Part shown: positions 58,039 through 64,000 of the stretch, one piece after another
Layout: each line of letters opens with the position of its first letter
How positions within the stretch are numbered: position 1 is the first letter of the stretch
Assembly (NCBI GenBank): GCA_964473825.1
Contig: CAYYQL010000006.1
Coordinates: forward strand, 47,367 to 111,366
From: an uncultured archaeon
GTDB lineage: Archaea; Asgardarchaeota; Thorarchaeia; Thorarchaeales; Thorarchaeaceae
Length of the DNA stretch: 64,000 bases
Direction of reading: 5' to 3'
Notes under the pieces: model-generated
What the model was told of the DNA's origin: nothing
Seen by the model: only the letters and a program-made list of their open reading frames with translations
Databases searched by the model: none
Translations under genes and position numbers: made by a program

Positions 58039-58073
58039 ATTAGCCCACAAGTTACAGCGTGGAGGTCTTTTGT

Positions 58074-58727
58074 TTGAGAGGAAAGAGCAGTATCTATGCA
58101 ATAAGAACCACAATCGGTCAGGAGAAGTCAGTCACTGATCTCATCACCACAGCAGTCACCGGTGAGGGAGATGTATGGGAGTGCCCGTTCTGTGGAGAAC
58201 CCTTCTCAACCAGAAAAAACACCATGAAGCATATGAAGAAATGTGAGGAGAAGAAGGGCAAGGGAGAACCAAGGCTTGTATCGGAAAACCAGTTACTGGG
58301 ACGAGTCAAGGCAATACTTGTGCCTGAGACCCTCCGAGGATATGTATTTCTCGAGACAGAGGAGTTCAGAGATGTCGAGATTGCCATCTCAGGAGTGCCA
58401 CATGTGCGGGGACGTGTCCACGGCAAGGTGACTTTTGATGAGATTGACAAGTTTCTTGTGCCAAAGCCAGCTGCAGAAGGTATCAACATAGACGATGTTG
58501 TTGAGATCATATCTGGCCCATTCAAGGGAGAACGGGCAAAAGTGGCTAGGGTTGACGCGTCAAAAGAGGAACTCATCCTAGAGCTGCTAGATAGTCCACA
58601 TACCATTCCTATTCGTGTCCATGCGGACTTTGCCAAGATTGTTGAGAAAGCAAGACCGGAAGAGGATGAAGAGGGAGAGGGTGCGGAAGAGGAGACCGAC
58701 CAGCTTGATTCTTTCTGGTCACGTTGA
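58074..58727 (+). CDS. spt5: Transcription elongation factor Spt5 with inserted C2HC zinc finger
   Basis: YAIRTTIGQE, LRGYVFLE, KOW GPFKGE. Confidence 0.93.
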   Translation: MRGKSSIYAIRTTIGQEKSVTDLITTAVTGEGDVWECPFCGEPFSTRKNTMKHMKKCEEKKGKGEPRLVSENQLLGRVKAILVPETLRGYVFLETEEFRDVEIAISGVPHVRGRVHGKVTFDEIDKFLVPKPAAEGINIDDVVEIISGPFKGERAKVARVDASKEELILELLDSPHTIPIRVHADFAKIVEKARPEEDEEGEGAEEETDQLDSFWSR

Positions 58728-58976
58728 GCCCTCGGTTTGGCGTGAGTCTCGCCTCCTCGACATCTGTCAAGTCCATAATGCTTAAAACACCATCAGATTG
58801 CAGAAGCAGGTACCTCTTAATCTGACCTGAGCGCTAGACGCTCACGTCCGGGGTGAAAAAAGTGATAATGCATGCAGTAGACCTTGTCGGATACACATCT
58901 AATTTTGTCCAAGAGGTCGACCGAATGGCTCTCGAACTGGTTGAGCCGGAGCACTGCATCAGGAGAAGTGAATAGA

Positions 58977-59483
58977 TTGAGTCAACAAGAGATTAAAGTA
59001 GAGGCTATCGTGGAGGGCGGAAAGGCGTCAGGTGGCCCCCCCATTGGTCCCGCCTTGGGACCAACAGGTGTAAACATCTTCCAAGTTGTTCAGAAGATCA
59101 ATGAAGTGACCAAAGAATTTGCTGGTCTTAAGGTCCCTGTTACTATCATTGTAGACCCGCAGTCCAAAGAATTTGACGTGCAGGTGGGAATTCCACCCAC
59201 CAGTGCACTGATTCTGAAAGAGCTGGATGCACCGCAGGGGTCAGGTACTCCGAATACCGACTATGTCGGCGATTTGGACATAGAGCAGGTGAAGAATGTT
59301 GCCAGAGCAAAAGCTATGGACTTGACTGCGCTTGATATGAAGACGGCAGCCATGATTGTTTCTGGAACCTGTGTGTCCATGGGTGTTACAATCGAGGGAA
59401 AGACGGCCAAGGAATTCCAGCAGGAAGTCCGAGAGGGAAAATGGGATGAACAGCTTGATGCACCGCTGCGGGAGGGCAAATAG
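58977..59483 (+). CDS. rpl11: 50S ribosomal protein uL11
   Basis: GGKASGGPPIGPALG, GTCVSMG. Confidence 0.96.
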   Translation: MSQQEIKVEAIVEGGKASGGPPIGPALGPTGVNIFQVVQKINEVTKEFAGLKVPVTIIVDPQSKEFDVQVGIPPTSALILKELDAPQGSGTPNTDYVGDLDIEQVKNVARAKAMDLTALDMKTAAMIVSGTCVSMGVTIEGKTAKEFQQEVREGKWDEQLDAPLREGK

Positions 59484-59485
59484 AG

Positions 59486-60148
59486 ATGTCGTTCAACCAT
59501 GATGCCATCAGGGAAGCGATTTCTGAGGCACGGACGAAGGGTATTGAGCGAGGTATCAACTTCGAACAGAGTTTCGACCTCGCTGTCAACTTCAGAAGCA
59601 AAGAAATGGATGTTTCAAAACCCGAGAACAGGTTCAATCAAGAAGTTGTACTGCCGAACAGGCTCTATCCGCCCTCCAAGATCTGCGCATTCGGCGATGG
59701 TGAGTTTGCCGAGAACGCGAGAGCGGCAGGCGTGGACAATGTGGTGTCAAAGGATGATATTCCAACTATCGGAGAGGAGAAGAAGGAACGCAAGTCCTTG
59801 GCGAAGAACCATGATTTCTTCATAGCTGCCACAGATAGCATGCCGTTGGTAGGAAGGTATCTCGGTCAAGTCCTCGGTTCGCGCGGCAAGATGCCAAGGC
59901 CGTTCCCCCCTCAGGCAGATCTGAGCAATGTTGTCCAGCAATATCAACGCACAGTGAGAATCAAGATGCGAAACACGCCCACCTTTCATGTGAAGGTCGG
60001 CCACGAGAAGATGGACGATGCGAAGATTGCCGAAAACATTGTGGCAGTCTTGGACTTTGTCGACAGCAAGGGCCTCATTGAGAAGGTTAGCAGTGTAGTT
60101 GTAAAGACCACAATGGGACCTCCTGTTGAAGCGAGCTCCTGGAGGTAG
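59486..60148 (+). CDS. rpl1: 50S ribosomal protein uL1
   Basis: FEQSFDL.VN, LG.RGKMP, KTTMGP. Confidence 0.96.
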   Translation: MSFNHDAIREAISEARTKGIERGINFEQSFDLAVNFRSKEMDVSKPENRFNQEVVLPNRLYPPSKICAFGDGEFAENARAAGVDNVVSKDDIPTIGEEKKERKSLAKNHDFFIAATDSMPLVGRYLGQVLGSRGKMPRPFPPQADLSNVVQQYQRTVRIKMRNTPTFHVKVGHEKMDDAKIAENIVAVLDFVDSKGLIEKVSSVVVKTTMGPPVEASSWR

Positions 60149-60154
60149 AACGAT

Positions 60155-61174
60155 ATGTCACTAGAGAATCACGAGATACCGCAATGGAAGAAGGATGTAG
60201 TCAACGAGCTGGTCGGAAACATAGAAAACAGCAAGATGATTGGCCTTGTCAATGTTGAGGGTGTCGGGGCAAAGCAATTGCACGGAATCAGGGAGAGTCT
60301 TCGAGGGTCTGCCAAGATACAGATGGCACGGAACACTCTGATGAAAAGAGCAATTGAGAACGCCAAGACCGACGGAGTTGAAAAGATAGAGAACCACGTG
60401 AGAGGGCCGGTTGCATTCGTGTTTAGCGAACAAGACCCATTCATCCTGAGCAAGTTTCTCAGCGAGAACAAGGCCCAGGCACCCGCAAAGGGAGGACAGG
60501 TTGCACCCAAGGATATCATTGTGCCCGCAATGAACACAGGAGTAGCACCTGGGCCCTTCATCAGTGAATTGGCAGCTCTGCAGATACCTTCTCGAGTCAA
60601 GGGTGGCGTCATTCATGTCACGGAGGATACAGTTGCCGTGGAGGCCGGAGAGGTCATATCGAATGCTATGGCACAGATGCTCGCCCGTCTTGGAATTGAG
60701 CCGATGGAACTACAGCTGAAGCTCATCGCTGCTTACACCGACGGGGTCGTCTTGACAGGTGAAGCCCTAGAGGTTGACCTAGAAGAGCTCTTCAAGCAGG
60801 TCATAGCTGGGCATCAGTACGCAGTCAATCTGTCAATCAATGCAGGCTACCCGACTACAGACACGGTACCAATGATAATCGCCAAGGCCAACATGGAAGC
60901 GAAGAGTCTAGCGCTCAACATCGGCTTCTTTGAACCGGACTTGGTCAATGAGTTCCTTGGCAAGGCAAACTCCGAGGCTTTAGCATTGGCAGCTCTTGTG
61001 GTTGAGAAGGATCCTGAGGCAGTCCCCTCAGATGTTCTCAGTCAGGTCAAGAGCCCAACTGCTGTAAGTGTGCCAAGCGCACCTGCAGAACAGCCTGAGG
61101 AGGAGGCTGAAGACGAGGACGATGAAGACGAAGAGGAAGAAGATGTAGCAGGCCTGGGCGGTCTGTTCGGATAA
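60155..61174 (+). CDS. rpl10: 50S ribosomal protein uL10 (P0)
   Basis: IPQWK, RNTL, acidic tail ending GLGGLFG. Confidence 0.96.
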   Translation: MSLENHEIPQWKKDVVNELVGNIENSKMIGLVNVEGVGAKQLHGIRESLRGSAKIQMARNTLMKRAIENAKTDGVEKIENHVRGPVAFVFSEQDPFILSKFLSENKAQAPAKGGQVAPKDIIVPAMNTGVAPGPFISELAALQIPSRVKGGVIHVTEDTVAVEAGEVISNAMAQMLARLGIEPMELQLKLIAAYTDGVVLTGEALEVDLEELFKQVIAGHQYAVNLSINAGYPTTDTVPMIIAKANMEAKSLALNIGFFEPDLVNEFLGKANSEALALAALVVEKDPEAVPSDVLSQVKSPTAVSVPSAPAEQPEEEAEDEDDEDEEEEDVAGLGGLFG

Positions 61175-61189
61175 GAAAACTACGAGGTA

Positions 61190-61501
61190 ATGACAATGGA
61201 ATACGTATACGCAGCACTTCTGCTCCACAAGGCTGGTCAGGAGATCAAGGATGATAACATGGAATCCGTCTTGACCGCAGCCGGTGTCAAGCCAGACAAG
61301 GGTAGAATCAAGGCACTTCTTGCGGCCCTAGAGGGTGTAGACATCGACGAGGCACTGTCCAGTGCGGCAGCCATGCCTGTCGCGGCACCATCAGCTGGTG
61401 CAACCGGTACAGCCGCTGAGGCCGAAGAGGAGAAGAAGGAAGACGAAGAGGAAGAAGAGGAAGAGGAATTCACTGCAGGGCTTGGTAGCCTATTTGGCTA
61501 G
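61190..61501 (+). CDS. rpl12: 50S ribosomal stalk protein aP1/L12
   Basis: [11 protein letters not shown], acidic tail ending GLGSLFG. Confidence 0.96.
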   Translation: MTMEYVYAALLLHKAGQEIKDDNMESVLTAAGVKPDKGRIKALLAALEGVDIDEALSSAAAMPVAAPSAGATGTAAEAEEEKKEDEEEEEEEEFTAGLGSLFG

Positions 61502-61625
61502 TAGCCTGCTGATATTCTTTGGTTATTCTCCCCAGTTGAGAGAGTAGGCGGGTAGCAAATCCGCCTTCTCGCAAACCCCCTATTTTTATCGATTTTCGAT
61601 AGAATGATATTGAAGCAATCATAAT

Positions 61626-61925
61626 TTGGCCTTTGTGAAGATAGTCTATCATCCCATGATGAAGGAATTGTATGATAACACGCCGGCAGGTGCAACAGGC
61701 CGCCTACATAGTGCCATGCAAGCTCTCAGTTCTGTTCACGATTACGAGTACATTGAACCAAAAGCGGCCACCCAGGAACAGATTCTCCGGGCACACTCAC
61801 CGCAGCACATCGAGTCTGTGAAGCGAGAGAGTGAATCGAGATACGGGGGAAGGTTGTACGAAGTAGCCCTTCTTGCAGCAGGTGGGGCAATCAACATCCG
61901 AGCATTCTGCGATGGCCTTCGCTAG
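61626..61925 (+). pseudogene. Truncated histone deacetylase/acetoin-utilisation family gene (N-terminal fragment)
   Basis: IVYHP, GRL, AT.EQILRAHS..HI, A.LAAGGAI, then stop; no RPPGHH or D-x-H metal motifs. Confidence 0.7.
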
Positions 61926-62189
61926 AACGTAGGTTGTGACTCATCCGACTTAATTGCAGAACGGACAGAGCCTAGAGTAGGTGATTGAATGTCGCTGGTT
62001 TCGATGCTGAGTCCTCTATCAGACTTCGCAACCTTGTATTCAGCGGGATAGTTCACGCCATCGTCGTTGAGTAGTTCATTTCTTCCCCTCTATCTTTGCA
62101 CTTCCGTAGTCTTGAGCAGTAGATTGGTGTGGCACCCTGTTGTTGCCTTGCGGAAAGCTTTATGACTGCACACGCTCGAACCAACAACA

Positions 62190-62297
62190 GGGCCCGTTGC
62201 CTAGTCCGGATAGGGCGCCAGCCTTCTAACGAACCTGCACTTCGCAGGCTGTGAGGGTAGTTGGAATTCGAGAGTTCAAGTCTCTCCGGGCCCGCCA
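62190..62297 (+). tRNA. tRNA-Arg(TCT) with 30-nt canonical intron (62229-62258)
   Basis: Acceptor GGGCCCG/CGGGCCC; CCAGC-CTTCTA^A-GTTGG; BHB helix CTTC/GAGG; CCA. Confidence 0.93.
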
Positions 62298-62400
62298 TTC
62301 GTTCTCTGGAAAACGACAAGTTGTGACTCTGCCTAGCTGACTGTTCGCATTGCCCGGAGAAACTCTCTCATCCCATCGCTGGAGGCTTCTTTTGAAAAGT

Positions 62401-62418
62401 TTAGAACACGTGTTCCAG
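62401..62418. promoter_or_regulatory. 18-bp palindromic site (copy 3 of 3)
   Basis: TTAGAACACGTGTTCCAG, 21 bp upstream of the ORF at 62440. Confidence 0.6.
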
Positions 62419-62439
62419 TTTTCCGTAAGACAGTTATAG

Positions 62440-63312
62440 ATGAATGGGATTGCAATAGCATTATTGGAGCAGAAACCTGTGTTTGAGATAATCGAGAAGC
62501 ATACAGAATATCTCTATGACCCACGGCAGAACATAGAAATCTACAAACAGTCCTTGCTTCGTAGAACTAGTACGGACCTTGATCTGTTCATTGAATTCCT
62601 CTCCAGAGAGTCACCAGCAATAATCCATGACTTTGTCGACCGATATGTGGCAAGGTTGTCAGATTGTGAAGGAATCTCGGTAGATGACATTGATTTTGAA
62701 CACACACCAAAGAACATCAGTTCCTTCCCTGAGGCTTTTCAAAAGGTGAGATCAGTCAGTCTTGCTCTGCTGAACTACGAGAAATATCTCCCAACTGAGG
62801 AGGAGGGCGTGTTGAGCATCAGCTATTGGGATTGGATAAGGTCCTATTTGATTCCCGCCTACCTTCTAGCTGAAACCTATGTGAAAATGGGTCCTCGGGA
62901 TGAAGCCCTTAAAACCTACAAGAGATATGTGGACCATAGAACGAGGACAACTAAAGAACAGAATGAAGAGAAAACTACTGTAGAGGATTATTACAGGAAG
63001 GTCACAAGTAAGGACACTCCAACCCATTTGGGAACATGGTTTCTGACAAACAATGGTTTAGGCGGGTCCAAAGTGACGAAGTGCATGTGGGTAGAGATTC
63101 TCAAGGGGTTCGAAGATCCTGAGATTGGTTATGCTGTTGCCTGTCATTTTGACTTCTTGAATACCCAGTATATCAGTCAGAACTTCCGGCTAACCAGAAC
63201 TAAGACGCTCATGGAAGGAGACGAGATGTGTGACTTCTGCTTGCATGACACCGATATTAGCAAAGAGATGAAACATCCTCCCAAAGACTTCTGGAAGAAA
63301 CTAGATGAATAA
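62440..63312 (+). CDS. ATC-hydrolase-like family protein
   Basis: KCMW, ACHFDF, LTRTKTLMEGDEMCDFC, HPPKDFW. Confidence 0.8.
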   Translation: MNGIAIALLEQKPVFEIIEKHTEYLYDPRQNIEIYKQSLLRRTSTDLDLFIEFLSRESPAIIHDFVDRYVARLSDCEGISVDDIDFEHTPKNISSFPEAFQKVRSVSLALLNYEKYLPTEEEGVLSISYWDWIRSYLIPAYLLAETYVKMGPRDEALKTYKRYVDHRTRTTKEQNEEKTTVEDYYRKVTSKDTPTHLGTWFLTNNGLGGSKVTKCMWVEILKGFEDPEIGYAVACHFDFLNTQYISQNFRLTRTKTLMEGDEMCDFCLHDTDISKEMKHPPKDFWKKLDE

Positions 63313-63629
63313 GCAGTAGTGAATCCTCTCTGAAGACTCGTGGATAGCATGACGAGTTTCAAGGTTTTATTGGCCGACTGAGTCTTCTCTCATTCCCGTT
63401 GTTCTGCGAGAATGACAAAATAGGTAAAACAGCATGCTCTGGATAATTGGCTGATTGACAAGGCAATTGACTATCCACTGAACAGTTAGGGAAAGGAAAT
63501 CGGGCAGTTGGCATGGTTCTTGTGCCCACTCTCAGAAGAGGAATCTAACTTCTTGATGAATCTCACGGATATCAAGAAGGCTGTCTTGAGATTCTTAGAA
63601 AACAGGAAACCGGATACGGACTTGGCACC

Positions 63630-63860
63630 ATGAGCGAAGAGAATCTCTTGCTATATCTTGAAGCTCTAGGTTTTGAGGCTGACTATGTTCCCACGATTGA
63701 GGATAGAATATCAGATTTCTATGAGCCAGAAGATGGTGAACTCATTGCATGGTACTATCTAGTTCCTCAATTTGAACGGACACCCGTATTCAAGAAGACG
63801 ATGAAGGAACTCGAAGAGATATCGTTGCAAAAGGAACTTCAACATGAACAGGAAAGCTGA
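63630..63860 (+). CDS. Small hypothetical protein
   Basis: 76-aa ORF downstream of a stop-interrupted frame. Confidence 0.4.
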   Translation: MSEENLLLYLEALGFEADYVPTIEDRISDFYEPEDGELIAWYYLVPQFERTPVFKKTMKELEEISLQKELQHEQES

Positions 63861-63932
63861 GCTCACTGCATGCGTGCGATTTCCCTGTTCCTGCTGCCAA
63901 TCGGACGAGGCTTCATGAACGATACAATAGAA

Positions 63933-63956
63933 GTTCAAATCCGGGCGGGCCCGCCA
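63933..63956 (+). repeat. tRNA 3'-end fragment (possible att remnant)
   Basis: GTTCAAATCCGGGCGGGCCCGCCA = T-loop, 3' acceptor strand and CCA with no 5' half upstream. Confidence 0.65.
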
Positions 63957-64000
63957 TCCTTGTTATTCTTGTTCATCTTCAAACTCGATGCTGTGGTGCA

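Overview
Archaeal chromosomal segment. The gene content (eukaryote-type topoisomerase IB, a longin-like protein, FtsZ plus SepF, eL/eS ribosomal proteins, BHB-intron tRNAs) fits an Asgard archaeon, probably Thorarchaeia (inference, not a database result). Both ends are conserved informational operons: pus10-rpl21e-rpo4-DUF655-rsmA-hemK-slyD-psmB-aCPSF1 and lsm-rpl37e on the left; nep1, rnp4-yhbY-rps19e-PDCD5-rpl39e-rpl31e-aIF6-rpl18a-pfdA-ftsY, argF, ftsZ-secE-spt5-rpl11-rpl1-rpl10-rpl12 on the right. The middle (about 11.7-49 kb) is accessory. The best candidate for a new system lies at 32.9-41.6 kb, next to tRNA-Gly(TCC). It has two tandem, transposase-free TnpB-like RuvC proteins. Both have a Fanzor-style rearranged active site (RuvC-II Glu replaced by Gly, alternative Glu in V-P-E-x-W-T-S) and a PIP-box-like tail. 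Each overlaps a ~250-nt structured RNA whose stems covary between the copies. The pair is transcribed divergently from a 1527-aa PD-(D/E)XK nuclease with a degenerate ATPase-like region. Six tRNA genes are present; five carry eight BHB introns, all 29-31 nt, including a triple-intron tRNA-Gly(GCC) with two related introns around a 5-nt exon. Other oddities: a thrice-repeated 18-bp palindrome, a probable ACG start on aIF6, a zinc finger inserted in Spt5, an inverted-repeat element at 47.3 kb, and a catalytically degenerate RNase H. No CRISPR array or rRNA gene was seen.
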